A DNA stretch of 63,472 nucleotides, the filler included. It is 7 parts of 7 records of this genome, joined end to end, with 100 filler letters (N's around TTAATTAATTAA, not from the genome) between each part and the next. Parts side by side here need not be neighbours in the genome. Positions count along the whole stretch, not along the records: positions 20,147 to 33,763 come from DRR723986_5331; positions 33,864 to 41,293 come from DRR723986_5334; positions 41,394 to 51,584 come from DRR723986_5335; 4 more parts are not named here. The stretch is one strand, 5' to 3'. This document shows, piece by piece, positions 31,701-41,664 of the stretch; within the stretch, counting starts at the first letter, position 1, and every line of letters starts with the position of its first letter. The notes under the pieces were generated by a model that worked only from the letters and a program-made list of their open reading frames with translations, ran no database searches and was not told the DNA's origin. The position numbers were made by a program, and so were the translations under genes.

Positions 31701-31870
31701 TGAGCAATGACCGTCCAACAGAACAAATGAAGCTAGTACGTGATGAACTAACAACACAAATCAACGAGTTATTAGCAAAATGGTCAACCATTCAAAACTC
31801 AGAAATTCCGGCCTATAACGAGCAAATTAGAACACAACAAGTAGATATAATAGGACTACCGAATAAATAA
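28775..31870 (+). CDS. VPS10/BNR (Asp-box) repeat glycosyl hydrolase-like protein
   Basis: WRCIGPFRGGRS, many S/T-x-D/N-GG-x-T/S-W boxes, HGDHHDLWI, ATQGRSFWVLDD; C-terminal coiled coil. Confidence 0.88.
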   Translation: MKHIFLLLFAACLTSNALAQDQASYQAITEGLEWRCIGPFRGGRSAAVTGVKDKPMLYYMGTTGGGIWKTKNGGTTWENISDGYFGGSIGAIAVSESDNNVLYSGGGEVTVRGNVSYGYGVHKSVDGGRSWKHVGLENSRHIPRIRIHPKNPDVIYAAVLGDLYQSSEDRGVYKSTNGGDSWERVLFANADAGAVDLIMDPENPDILYASTWNVRRSPYDFSSGGEGSALWKTNDGGKTWKEISKNEGFPEGTLGIIGVTVSPVNPERVWTIVEANDGGVYRSDDGGETWTNTNSDRSLRQRAWYYSRIYADTQDENKVYVMNVAYHVSKDGGKTFSEHYAPHGDHHDLWIAPEDPDRLIIADDGGAQISFDGGSNWTTYKNQPTAQFYRVTTDNSFPYRIYGAQQDNSTVRIRSRVDRGFIDEDDWESTAGGESAHIAIDPENNDIVYGGSYGGFLTRQNHQKNSNRSINVWPDNPIGYGAEGMKYRFQWNFPVFFSPHDPQKLYTASNHLHVSKNGGESWEVISPDLTRNDSTKLGPSGGPITKDNTGVEYYCTIFAAAESPYEKDLLWTGSDDGLIHRSTDGGAGWVNVTPQDLPEWSMINSIEVDPFNKGGLFVAATSYKLGDYQPYLYHTKDYGKTWDKIVNGIDPTHFTRVIRADPEKEGLLYCGTESGLYISFDNGLNWETFQENLPIVPITDMAIKERSLIVATQGRSFWVLDDLQLIHEYLEKSPWHLELFKPADSYQMGGNSKTSPTAGTNHSGGVRIHYYLEKELEESDTFALRFYKGEELIRSFSNHPKKDEGTLKDPKIGTNLFVWDMRYPKADKFDGMLMWWGTLNGPQAPPGEYQASIYMNGKAYGLGQKFKILMDPRSEGSAEDLQMKFEFLLDIRNTLDATHEAITNMRLIKSQIAELQKLMDPNKQKDLISKGDEIIQSLSDIEGKLYQTKLKSNQDMLNFPIMLNNKLAHVASLASMSNDRPTEQMKLVRDELTTQINELLAKWSTIQNSEIPAYNEQIRTQQVDIIGLPNK

Positions 31871-31932
31871 TTTTCGGACTATACGCAATAAACATTTTTT
31901 TCAATCGTTTAAGGGGAACCTAAACCTCAACC

Positions 31933-32208
31933 ATGAAAAGTCTTATTGTGCTCATTGCATTCGTGGCTCCAATATTTTCTGCACTTGCGGTAAATGCGTC
32001 TCACCTGAATAATGCAACTATTGTAGAAAATGTTGCCCTATCATCTTCTGATGGGCCCTCTCTTGACATCAATTCCAGTAACATCTCAGAATCTACCCCT
32101 CAAAACCAAACGTCTATGTTGTATTATTTGATTCCCGCGGCGGCAGTACTGCTCGTAATTATTTGTTTGATTGCTCTTTCGAAAAGGTTGCTGTTCGAAA
32201 ATCCTTGA
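31933..32208 (+). CDS. Small hypothetical protein with signal peptide and C-terminal TM
   Basis: 91-aa ORF with hydrophobic ends. Confidence 0.55.
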   Translation: MKSLIVLIAFVAPIFSALAVNASHLNNATIVENVALSSSDGPSLDINSSNISESTPQNQTSMLYYLIPAAAVLLVIICLIALSKRLLFENP

Positions 32209-32475
32209 TTATTTCTTTTTCTTGGACCTGCGGTATTTTTGAAACACATACATGCTGAACATGCCAATTACCGCAGAAAATACCATTAGGTAGATGATTC
32301 GAACTCTGAATTCGAACATGAAAAAATCTATTTTTACCTTATTATAATTCTGTACAATAAAGGCAACTAAAGCCACCATCATCAACACGGTTATTGTTAG
32401 CGTTGCCTTCTGTTTAAAAGTCATTGCCGGTTTTTCCACAATTATCTTTTCTGGTTGATTCAAGTCTTCTTTCAT
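32209..32475 (-). CDS. LapA/DUF1049 family small membrane protein
   Basis: TM, FIVQNYNKVKIDFF, second TM, basic tail. Confidence 0.75.
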   Translation of the reverse strand: MKEDLNQPEKIIVEKPAMTFKQKATLTITVLMMVALVAFIVQNYNKVKIDFFMFEFRVRIIYLMVFSAVIGMFSMYVFQKYRRSKKKK

Positions 32476-32611
32476 CTCTTCATTTTATTCAAATTTACAA
32501 CTTTAAAAAGGATTAAATTGATTATTTTTTAATCAAAGTTTAGATTATTAATTAATCTTTATTAAGTTTGTCTTACTTATCTCGCAACAGTATTTACTAA
32601 AATTTTTAGAT

Positions 32612-33763
32612 ATGTTAATCAAAACATTTGGTTGCGCGGTATATGGTATAGAAGCCATTCCCATTACTATTGAAACGAATATTGACAGAGGCATCAACTT
32701 TTTTATGGTCGGGTTACCGGACAGTGCCGTAAAAGAAAGTCACCAACGAATAAAGGCTGCCTTTGCCAATTCTGAGTACAAGTTTCCTGGTAAAGAAATC
32801 ACAATTAATATGGCTCCGGCTGACATTAGAAAGGAAGGTTCAGCTTATGACTTGACTATTGCGGCAGGTATTTTGGCAGCTTCGAATCAAATCAACGAAA
32901 AACTTGTAAGTGAGTATTTAATTATGGGTGAGTTATCCTTAGACGGCGGCATACGACCTATTAAAGGTGCGCTCCCTATCGCCTTGAAAGCTAAAGAACT
33001 TGGGTTTAAGGGATTTATTTTGCCAGCGCAAAACGCCAATGAAGTGGCTATTGTAGAAGGACTGGAAATATTAGGGGTGAATAAAATAAAGGAGGTGGTA
33101 GAATTTTTCAATGGTGTTCAAGCAATTGAACCTGCTGTTTTTAAAGCGGAGATTGGTGATGAAAATAATTTGAACGCAGATTTCGATTTCTCAGATGTCA
33201 AAGGTCAAGAAAACGTAAAACGAGCACTTGAAATTGCGGCAGCTGGAGGGCACAATATTTTATTAGTTGGCCCTCCGGGATCAGGAAAAACCATGTTGGC
33301 AAAACGCCTACCCTCTATATTACCACCTTTAACCATTGATGAAGCGCTAGAAACAACTAAAATCCACTCCGTAGCGGGATTAATCCGGGCCAATAGTGGA
33401 TTAATGATGACAAGGCCATTTCGATCTCCCCATCATACAGTATCTGATGTTGCATTAGTTGGTGGAGGATCACACCCTAAACCAGGGGAAATATCTTTGG
33501 CTCACAATGGCATTTTATTTTTAGATGAATTGCCAGAATACAAACGTCAAGTTTTAGAAGTCATGCGTCAACCTCTAGAAGATCGCGTAGTATCCATTTC
33601 ACGTGCAAAAATGTCCGTTGATTACCCCGCTGGATTTATGTTGGTGGCTTCTATGAATCCTTCACCTTCAGGCAATTTTTATGACCCCAACGACCCAAAT
33701 TCAGACAATGAAATGGTAGTCAAACGCTATCTAAATAAAATATCTGGACCTTTAATGGATCGA
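32612..33763 (+). CDS. comM: YifB/ComM Mg-chelatase-like AAA ATPase, truncated
   Basis: VGLPDSAVKES, NMAPADIRKEGSAYDL, GPPGSGKTMLA, RSPHH, GEISLAHNGILFLDE. Confidence 0.95.
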
Positions 33764-33863
33764 NNNNNNNNNNNNNNNNNNNNNNNNNNNNNNNNNNNNN
33801 NNNNNNNTTAATTAATTAANNNNNNNNNNNNNNNNNNNNNNNNNNNNNNNNNNNNNNNNNNNN
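33764..33863. other. Artificial contig spacer
   Basis: N44-TTAATTAATTAA-N44. Confidence 0.99.
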
Positions 33864-34645
33864 AATCCGCTGATCCCTAGCCAGATTAATCTGTTCAATC
33901 CCAGCAAACTGATAAATGAAATCTGCTCCTGATTTTTTTGAAATGGTGTCCAAAGATTGGTTTGCTCGAAGAAAGCTGAAAGTCCAAAAGGGTCAGCCAG
34001 AGCTGCAAGGAATAAGTTCTCGCTGGAAACTGGTGCTGCATTTGCCAGGAGCGGCGAGTTCAGAAAAATGGCAGAGATGAAATACAAGGCATAAATTAAA
34101 ACTGCCATAGCATAGGTCGCTAATGAGTTTTTGGTGAGCAGACATACGGTAAAAAGCAGCACTGTACAAACTGTTACCGATGGGATCAAAAGCATCCAAG
34201 CAACTGAAATGCTGTCTATTAAATTAAGGGGCGTGATTCTGTTCGGATCTAGATCAGAAAAAGCGATTCCTAGATGGAAGCCTGGAATTGCTAATACTAG
34301 CACTAGTATTCCGACCAGCCAGGCGCCTAAGAAACGACTGAAAAAGAATTCCAATTTGGTAAGTGGACTGGAGAAAATAAGCGCTTCCATGCCGAATTTA
34401 CTGTCTCGCAGAACTGCAGTGACTACGAAAAACATAATGGAAAAAACTGCACCCAAGCTAACCAATCCCATTTTGAAATACAGTTCATACGCTGAGTTGT
34501 AATTGACTCCGGCTGGCGTGGCTCCTTGGCTTCCCATCAGAAAGGCAAATCCAAAGTAGATTAGCCCAAAGAGGTAAACGGCTTTGGTTCGGAGTTGATA
34601 GCTGAGCTCAAATCGAAGTAAAGAAATAAATCTTGAGCTGTTCAT
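33864..34645 (-). CDS. ABC-2 type permease, probably the N-terminus of a permease/M1 aminopeptidase fusion; truncated
   Basis: RFELSYQLR, LRD..MEALIFSSP...RFLG, DPFG, NRLIW; overlaps the ATPase stop. Confidence 0.75.
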
Positions 34646-35520
34646 TGCTTTGTCTGTTGAAGCGTGGAGAAATAGAAATCTTCTAAGCTGGGTTTCAGTT
34701 GCTCAAAACCTACTTCTGGTAATTCATCGGCTTTTACATGAATCAAAGTTTCTCCGGCAATGAGTTTGGAAGAGATGATATTCAGCTTTTGTTGGTAGCG
34801 GGGCAACTCCGATTTGGAGACTTTTTTTCGCCATATTTTGCCTTCCAAACTTGCTGTGAGCACTGCAGGATTTCCTTGTTTAATAATTTTTCCCTGATTC
34901 ATTATTGCCATTTGCGGACAAAGCTCCAATACATCATCCACCAAATGGGTGGAAAGAATAACGATGATGTTTTCTCCGATTTCACTCAGAAGATTTAGGA
35001 AACGATTTCTTTCTTCGGGGTCAAGTCCAGCCGTTGGTTCGTCTACGATAATCAATTTGGGATCCCCTAGAAGTGCCTGGGCAATTCCAAACCGCTGCTT
35101 CATTCCACCTGAATAGGAATGCACAGCTTTTTTTCGATGATCATATAAGTTGGTTTGTTGAAGTAAAAAATGAACTTGATCTTTTCGCTGAACAGAATTT
35201 GTAATGCCTTTTAAGATGGCGATATGATCGAGCAATTCAAGTGCGGAAACTTTTGGATACACCCCAAACTCCTGAGGTAAATAGCCTAGTACAGAGCGGA
35301 TGATCTCAGGTTTTTTCTGGACATCTTGCCCGTTGAAAAGAATTTCCCCTGAACCTGCTGCTTGAAGTGTGGCAAGTGTTCTCATCAAACTGGATTTTCC
35401 CGCGCCGTTAGGTCCCAAAAGACCAAACATCCCGTTAGTGATGGTAATGGAAATGTCATTTAACGCCTTGATCCCATTTGGATAGGTTTTGCTGAGATTT
35501 CTGATTTCGAGTTGGTTCAT
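34642..35520 (-). CDS. ABC transporter ATP-binding protein
   Basis: GPNGAGKS, YSGGMKQR, IIVDEPTAGLDP, STH. Confidence 0.95.
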   Translation of the reverse strand: MNQLEIRNLSKTYPNGIKALNDISITITNGMFGLLGPNGAGKSSLMRTLATLQAAGSGEILFNGQDVQKKPEIIRSVLGYLPQEFGVYPKVSALELLDHIAILKGITNSVQRKDQVHFLLQQTNLYDHRKKAVHSYSGGMKQRFGIAQALLGDPKLIIVDEPTAGLDPEERNRFLNLLSEIGENIIVILSTHLVDDVLELCPQMAIMNQGKIIKQGNPAVLTASLEGKIWRKKVSKSELPRYQQKLNIISSKLIAGETLIHVKADELPEVGFEQLKPSLEDFYFSTLQQTKQ

Positions 35521-35699
35521 GTCCTGTGTTTTTGCTCCATCAAAAATTGGAAATCGAAAAGACTAGATCTAATTAATATGTCAAACAGGTTCAAATTGAG
35601 GATGAACTCGGTATCTAATGGATCTGGGCATAAAGTGAAGGTTTTAATAAGTTTATCATCGAAATACCTCAGTTGGTCATCTTTATTTTCTAAAAATCT

Positions 35700-36839
35700 G
35701 TGCTTAGCTATCTTAGAAGTATGTTTCCAAAAGCTTCTTTTTTTAAGGCCTTGGCCTGGGGTTTAGCAGTTACCTTGCTTATCACCTTTTTGCTCCAAAG
35801 AATCGGGTTTATCAAGATTGATTTTGATGAATATTTAGAGAATGTACTGATCCTTGGGTCTTGGTGGATATTGACCAGTTTGGTCTTTTATTACAGCAGA
35901 AAAATCAGTTTACATAAAAAGAACCTCCTTAGGATTCTGTATCTGGCACTTTTCTTCACAGGAATTTTGCTTTTGGATCAATGGATGTCCATTCCTGATA
36001 ATCCGGTTTCCATCTTTTTGCTAATTCTATTTTGGATGGGGATTGCCAGGTTTGTCGCTCCGGCCTTTTTCAAGAAGTACCAAAAAGTCATTTTCATTGT
36101 TTATGGACTGATATGGATGGTTTTTTCCATTCTTCGTTGGCATGAAACTTACCTGCGAGAACACCATGAAATGGCTATTTTCATGTTGTTGATTCCGATT
36201 CCATTCTTCCTTTTGTTATGGGTTTTTGAGCAATGGAAAAGGATGAGAGATCTGGAAAACCAGAAAAATCAGGCAGAACTGGCCATGCTGAAAAACCAGA
36301 TCAATCCGCATTTTCTTTTTAATACACTTAATAACCTCTATGGACTTTGTGTGGAGAAATCTGATGCTGCGCCTGAGGTGGTGCTGAAGCTGTCGGATAT
36401 GATGCGCTATACGATTTATGAGGGGAGAAAAAAGGAGGTGTCTGTTTCTCAGGAAGTGGCCTATGTGGAAAATTTCCTAGAACTGCACAAAATTCGTCAT
36501 CGCCAACTCCCTAAAATTGATTTTAGGGTGTCCGTGTCAGAAGACAAATTGATTTCTCCTTTACTGTTTATTGTACCAGTGGAAAATGCATTTAAACATG
36601 GAGTTGAAAAGTTGGCAGAAGAGGCGTTTGTATCCATTACATTGGATTCGAATCAGGAAAAATTAAGGCTTGAAGTTGAAAATAATTTCGATCTCAGCTC
36701 CCAATCTACAGCTCCCGGAATAGGACTGGAGAATTTAAAAAGGAGACTGGAATTAACCTATCCTGGCTCACATACCTTGCAAATCACTCAAAAGAACGGT
36801 ATCTATACTTTGGTTTTGGAAATCTTATGGAGCAGGTAA
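35700..36839 (+). CDS. LytS-type sensor histidine kinase
   Basis: Multi-TM N-terminus; LKNQINPHFLFNTLN, ENAFKHG, GIGLEN. Confidence 0.94.
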   Translation: MLSYLRSMFPKASFFKALAWGLAVTLLITFLLQRIGFIKIDFDEYLENVLILGSWWILTSLVFYYSRKISLHKKNLLRILYLALFFTGILLLDQWMSIPDNPVSIFLLILFWMGIARFVAPAFFKKYQKVIFIVYGLIWMVFSILRWHETYLREHHEMAIFMLLIPIPFFLLLWVFEQWKRMRDLENQKNQAELAMLKNQINPHFLFNTLNNLYGLCVEKSDAAPEVVLKLSDMMRYTIYEGRKKEVSVSQEVAYVENFLELHKIRHRQLPKIDFRVSVSEDKLISPLLFIVPVENAFKHGVEKLAEEAFVSITLDSNQEKLRLEVENNFDLSSQSTAPGIGLENLKRRLELTYPGSHTLQITQKNGIYTLVLEILWSR

Positions 36840-37516
36840 GCTACGTTATATTGGATGATGAGCCCATTGCACATCGTATTATTGAAGGCTATTGTGAGAA
36901 CTTTTCATTTTTGGCAAAAGCGGGCAATTTCTACAATGGTTTTGAGGCTTTGGAGTTTTTCAGGAGTAATCAGGTAGATCTGATCTTTTTAGATATCAAT
37001 ATGCCAAAACTTACAGGCTTTGAATTATTGAAATCTCTGCCAAGCCCTCCCAAAGTGATTGTAACTTCTGCTCATCAGGAGTTTGCCCTTCAAGGTTATG
37101 AGCTGGATATTGCCGATTATTTGCTGAAGCCTTTTAGTTTGGATCGTTTTATCAAGGCTATCAATAAGGTATGCTCTTCAAATGCTTCAGCTTCCAAAAA
37201 AGAGGATGAACCAGAGCGGATTTTTCTTAAGTCAGACAAAAAGCACGTGCAGATTGAACTGGACAAGATTTGCTTTGTTGAGGCTCTTGGGAATTACTGC
37301 AAGGTCTATCATCAGTCTGGTATGATTATTTGCCCGGAGAAAATCTCTGAGCTGGAAAAGAAATTGGTGCAAGGAAAATTTCTACGGGTTCATAAGTCCT
37401 ATTTGGTCAATACAGCCAAAATCCAAACCATCGAGGGTAATCGAATCAAAATTGATGGGAATGAAATTCCAATTGGCCAAACGTATAAAGCAGAGGTAAG
37501 TAGGCTGCTGGGCTAG
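36827..37516 (+). CDS. LytTR family response regulator
   Basis: LDDEPIA, FLDINMP, DYLLKP, FLRVHKSYLVN. Confidence 0.95.
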   Translation: MEQVSYVILDDEPIAHRIIEGYCENFSFLAKAGNFYNGFEALEFFRSNQVDLIFLDINMPKLTGFELLKSLPSPPKVIVTSAHQEFALQGYELDIADYLLKPFSLDRFIKAINKVCSSNASASKKEDEPERIFLKSDKKHVQIELDKICFVEALGNYCKVYHQSGMIICPEKISELEKKLVQGKFLRVHKSYLVNTAKIQTIEGNRIKIDGNEIPIGQTYKAEVSRLLG

Positions 37517-37530
37517 GTTTATGCTCGCTG

Positions 37531-38691
37531 TTACTTTTCCCAGTCTATCCACTTAAACACGATTTCTTTATAATCATCTCGTTCGTAAAGGATGCCTAGG
37601 GTTTGTGAATCCAGTAAAACCAAATCACTGTAAGCTGTCCAAGTTTTTCCTTTGGGAACGTCTTTTCGGTCAATCAGCATGGATTCAGGCCAGGTTTTAC
37701 CTAGGTCTCTGCTGATTTTTAATGTCAGATTATTTCGATCTTCAGTATCAGCATTATTGGAATGCGCGAGAATTGTATTTCCACTTTCGTCTTCAAAAGA
37801 CAGGATAGAACCTTGGCATACAGGATCAGGTAAACTTTTCTCAAAGTATTGCTCAGACCAGGTTGCTCCTCCATCTTCTGAATAGGCGAGAATTCTGCTT
37901 CGTATATCGCCTCGTTGGTTACGCGTACTCATGATCATTTTGCCATCCGGAAGTTCTGCGGCTATAGATTCGTTAGAACCAGGAAATTTGATTGATTCTG
38001 AGATTTTGAAGGTTTTACCATGGTCGTCAGTGTAGAAACCATGTGCCTGGTAATCTTTGAATTCATCTTGGGCATCTCCTTGGGAGTGATTTGCCGCTAC
38101 GTAGATTCTTCCTTTATAAGCTCCATTTTGGAATTGAAAGGCATGGCCAGGAGTATTCGCATAATGCCTCCAGTCTGCAGGATTGGTGTATGCAGCATTG
38201 AATGCTGGGTTATTTGGCTTGTGCACTTGGCTGGTGATGTTTATAGGCTCTTCCCAAGAATGCCCTTGATCCAGTGATCGAATCATCCAAACCTCACGAA
38301 CTCCTTTATTCATTCGGATGTCATATTCATGATTGTTGCCGGTGTTATAGAATAAGTACACCACGCCATTCGGATATGCTGGATCAAAAAGATCGATTAC
38401 TGGTGCGGGGTTGCCGGCTTGCAAGTCGTCGTAATCAACTATGGTTTGGAGTGGCGACCAAGTTTTTCCCTTATCCTTGCTTCTCTTGAGCACCAAATTG
38501 ATGTCACCATAATCATTTGATCCATTTACCCTGCCTTCGGCAAAAGCCAAAAGTTCGCCACTAGGTAAGTCAATAATTGCTGGGATTCTGTACGTAGCAT
38601 GTCCTTCTTGACCACCTTGGTACACGATCGTTTCCTGTGCAAATAGGGTAGTGAATTGGAACAGAAAAAGGAAGGCTAGGAGAAGTTTCAT
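37531..38691 (-). CDS. Sialidase (GH33)
   Basis: YRIP motif, Asp-boxes (SKDKGKTW, SLDQGHSW, SEDGGATW, SRDLGKTW), AYSDL, LYE. Confidence 0.9.
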   Translation of the reverse strand: MKLLLAFLFLFQFTTLFAQETIVYQGGQEGHATYRIPAIIDLPSGELLAFAEGRVNGSNDYGDINLVLKRSKDKGKTWSPLQTIVDYDDLQAGNPAPVIDLFDPAYPNGVVYLFYNTGNNHEYDIRMNKGVREVWMIRSLDQGHSWEEPINITSQVHKPNNPAFNAAYTNPADWRHYANTPGHAFQFQNGAYKGRIYVAANHSQGDAQDEFKDYQAHGFYTDDHGKTFKISESIKFPGSNESIAAELPDGKMIMSTRNQRGDIRSRILAYSEDGGATWSEQYFEKSLPDPVCQGSILSFEDESGNTILAHSNNADTEDRNNLTLKISRDLGKTWPESMLIDRKDVPKGKTWTAYSDLVLLDSQTLGILYERDDYKEIVFKWIDWEK

Positions 38692-38721
38692 GATTTTGGG
38701 TTTATGACTTTTTAAAAATGA

Positions 38722-40995
38722 CTAATTAATGACCAATTCGTCTACGAAAATAAACCCTCTCTGAACGTTTGGTGCAACTACCTTAATATATCTGGCCCCT
38801 TTTCCTTCCAAAGAGCCTTTAAAGTCTTTAACCACTTTTGCCTTTTCCGTGACTGGAATATCGTTGTCAATTTTCAGAATGGATTCAAAATTCTCCCCAT
38901 CATCAGAAATAGCGACTTCTACGTATTCAGGCATAAATACTCCGGGCCCGGCGGCTTGCATAAAAGAAGCAGAGATGGAGTTTAGGGTAGTTTTTTCACC
39001 CATATCCACGGTTACCGCAAAGTCATTCGTAAAGCCTTGCCATTTGCCATCATTGTAGGATTCTCCGCCTCGGTAGCCATCAGTCATACTTCCTGCATCA
39101 CCTGCTGGATAGGATTTGTTCCAAGGTTTATGGTATTCCACAGATTTGCCTATTGCCTTATGGTAATCTACCTGCTTGCGAAGTATTGGTTCGGTGATCT
39201 TCCCGTCTTGAAAAACAGCTGCTGCGATATTGGCGCTTCCGTTGACGAAAAATTCTCCTTTATACAGGTTGGACGCAGTAGTTGGTTGAGAGCCATCCGT
39301 GGTATAGTAGATGGTAGGTTTGCTGATTTCGCTCTCCAGTGTGATTCCTATCTGCTTTGCCTCTGTATCCACATTCATAAAGGGGATAAGCTTTGTGGAT
39401 GGGTTGTATTCGTATTTTACTCCAAGTTGGTCAAGTCGAAGTAGCTGGCCATTAAGTCGGGTTTTAAAAGAATCCCAATCTTGGGCTTCTTCAGCGGACC
39501 AAGCTCTTTCTGCCAAGGCCAGCACATTTGGGAAAAGCATAGCATCAGCTAGCGCCTCAGAAGGTATAGTTTCGGTCCAAAGGCAAGCTTGCATACCTTT
39601 GATTTTATACGAAAGCTCTTTTGGGAATTTTGATCCCAAGAGTGGCTTGTTATAAATGTCAAATAGCTTGGAATTAGGAGAAGAGAAATAAAATGGATCA
39701 CCAGGAGTTAGGATGACTTCATTCCGATTTTGCACAGCTTTATCAGGGACTTCAGCTACCCAGTTTCGCCAGTACATTACTTTCAAATTAGGATCAATTC
39801 CCCCAGCCATGGCATCGTCCCAGACCACCACTTCTTTGCCGTTTTTTTGCAGAAAAGCTGAAACTCTGTTTACAAAATAGGATTGCAGTTCATTTACGTT
39901 ATTCATTCCATTTTCCTTCATGAATTTCTGAGCAGCAGTTGACTCTTCCCAGGTCTTTTTCTCTACTTCATCGGCTCCGATATGGATGTATTTTGAAGGG
40001 AAAATGTCCATTACTTCTGTTAGTACATTTCCTACAAACGTGTAAACTTCTTCATTTACAGGACAAAGTGGGGTAGAAAACAAATCTCCCCAGGCTGCTT
40101 CACCATTACAGGCCAATTCGGGAAATATCGCTATTGCAGCCATCATATGTCCCGGCATATCTATTTCGGGGATGATCTCAACATGTTTGGTTTGCGCATA
40201 CTTTACAAATTCGCGAAGTTCATCCTGAGTATAATATCCTCCATAATATGGAGTTCCATCCCGCATTTCTATGTGCTTTGATTCCAAAGCAAATCGTGGG
40301 TCCTCCTTGGATTTTTCTATGCAAATAGAGTCTTGTTCATTGAATGTTCTCCAGGCTCCCTGCTCCGTGAGTTCAGGATATTTTTTGATTTCTATTCTCC
40401 AGCCTTGATCATCAGTCAGGTGTAAATGGAGTTTATTGAGTTTATAAAGCGATAGCAAATCCACATAGCGTCGAAGGTAATCCATGGAGAAAAAATGCCT
40501 TGAAACATCTAGATGCATAGCCCGCCAGTCGTATTGAGGTTGGTCATTAATCTCCAGTTCAGGGAAGGTGATTCCTTCACTAATTTGCCCGGACTCAAAG
40601 CTGGCAGGTAGTAGCTGCCTTAGGGTAATCATACCATAAAATATACCTTCAGCATCTCCGGCTTCCAAGAGTATTTTGTCAGCAGAGATGGAAAGATGGT
40701 AAGATTCTGGAGTGTCAGAGTTTTCTGATTTCCTGATTTCCAATATGTTTTTTCCAGTTCCATCAGAGAGTTTTTGGCCAAGTGCCTGCTGCATCATGGA
40801 TTGAAAAAAGGCGATTTCCTCCGAAAACTCTTCCTGGTTCTGAACGAGTAGCTGGGTGTTGGAACTCAAGTGAAATTGACCACTTCCAGTTTCAATCTGA
40901 GAAGGGTAAGGAACTATAGAAAATTCGATAGGTTCTGGTGAGCTGCAAGATGCAAGTGCCAACAGGGCGGAAGCGAAAAAAGCAAGATACTTCAA
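38722..40995 (-). CDS. Beta-N-acetylhexosaminidase (GH20) lipoprotein with C-terminal CHB_HEX/F5-8-type domains
   Basis: Lipobox LASC; HLDVSRHF, HLHLTDDQGWR, PEIDMPGH, HIGADE, YYTTDGS. Confidence 0.93.
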   Translation of the reverse strand: MKYLAFFASALLALASCSSPEPIEFSIVPYPSQIETGSGQFHLSSNTQLLVQNQEEFSEEIAFFQSMMQQALGQKLSDGTGKNILEIRKSENSDTPESYHLSISADKILLEAGDAEGIFYGMITLRQLLPASFESGQISEGITFPELEINDQPQYDWRAMHLDVSRHFFSMDYLRRYVDLLSLYKLNKLHLHLTDDQGWRIEIKKYPELTEQGAWRTFNEQDSICIEKSKEDPRFALESKHIEMRDGTPYYGGYYTQDELREFVKYAQTKHVEIIPEIDMPGHMMAAIAIFPELACNGEAAWGDLFSTPLCPVNEEVYTFVGNVLTEVMDIFPSKYIHIGADEVEKKTWEESTAAQKFMKENGMNNVNELQSYFVNRVSAFLQKNGKEVVVWDDAMAGGIDPNLKVMYWRNWVAEVPDKAVQNRNEVILTPGDPFYFSSPNSKLFDIYNKPLLGSKFPKELSYKIKGMQACLWTETIPSEALADAMLFPNVLALAERAWSAEEAQDWDSFKTRLNGQLLRLDQLGVKYEYNPSTKLIPFMNVDTEAKQIGITLESEISKPTIYYTTDGSQPTTASNLYKGEFFVNGSANIAAAVFQDGKITEPILRKQVDYHKAIGKSVEYHKPWNKSYPAGDAGSMTDGYRGGESYNDGKWQGFTNDFAVTVDMGEKTTLNSISASFMQAAGPGVFMPEYVEVAISDDGENFESILKIDNDIPVTEKAKVVKDFKGSLEGKGARYIKVVAPNVQRGFIFVDELVIN

Positions 40996-41198
40996 AATAA
41001 ATCAGTCTAGGTGAACTGCAAAGGTAGCCGTGAAATACTATAGCCGGAAACCAGTGTTGTAAAAATAATGTAACTAACGGAAGGAGGCAGATGCTGTGTT
41101 TTGTAATTGATTTTATTAGAGCAACTTTATTGTAACCCCTCAATGGAAAAACAGCAGGTTTTTAAGAGAATTTTGACTTCAATAATTTTGGTCAAAAC

Positions 41199-41234
41199 AA
41201 AAAAAAAGCCTCAAATCTTACGAAATGAGGCTTT
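41199..41234 (-). terminator. Terminator downstream of tRNA-Asn
   Basis: AAAGCCTCA...TGAGGCTTT stem with a long T run on the minus strand. Confidence 0.65.
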
Positions 41235-41239
41235 AGGTG

Positions 41240-41293
41240 CTCCTCCTCAAGGACTTGAACCTTGGACCCTCTGATTAACAGTCAGATGCTCTA
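41240..41293 (-). tRNA. tRNA-Asn (GTT), 5' end cut by spacer
   Basis: Minus strand TAGAGCA-TCTGA-CTGTTAA-TCAGA-GGGTCCAAGGTTCAAGTCCTTGAGGAGGAG. Confidence 0.92.
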
Positions 41294-41393
41294 NNNNNNN
41301 NNNNNNNNNNNNNNNNNNNNNNNNNNNNNNNNNNNNNTTAATTAATTAANNNNNNNNNNNNNNNNNNNNNNNNNNNNNNNNNNNNNNNNNNNN
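41294..41393. other. Artificial contig spacer
   Basis: N44-TTAATTAATTAA-N44. Confidence 0.99.
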
Positions 41394-41469
41394 GATGATG
41401 CTGGATCACTACCAGCAGACCAAAAACATCTTGATGAGCTATAATCCAAACAAGCTTGGGTTCTTCTAA
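41394..41469 (+). CDS. Aldehyde dehydrogenase (AldB/ExaC type), C-terminal end only
   Basis: Manual translation MMLDHYQQTKNILMSYNPNKLGFF*, the characteristic AldB C-terminus. Confidence 0.85.
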
Positions 41470-41497
41470 GCGGCGGTCAAATAATCTGCCAAAAACT

Positions 41498-41528
41498 GGC
41501 CTGCCATGGTGAATGGCGGGCCTTTTTT
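41498..41528 (+). terminator. Intrinsic terminator after aldehyde dehydrogenase
   Basis: GGCCTGCCAT-GGTGA-ATGGCGGGCC-TTTTTT. Confidence 0.8.
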
Positions 41529-41568
41529 ATGCCCCATATGCGGGGCATTTTTCGGGGGGGCGCAGGCG

Positions 41569-41584
41569 TTAACCCAAAATTAAC
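41569..41584 (+). promoter_or_regulatory. CtrA-binding consensus upstream of the lasso-like operon
   Basis: TTAA-CCCAAAA-TTAAC (TTAA-N7-TTAAC), plus a further TTAACC half site at about 41594. Confidence 0.65.
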
Positions 41585-41664
41585 TTTCCTTTATTAACCA
41601 AATCGCATTGAAATTCCTCGCCATTTACGGGACATATTTACCAAATTAGAACAAAGGGTAAAAA

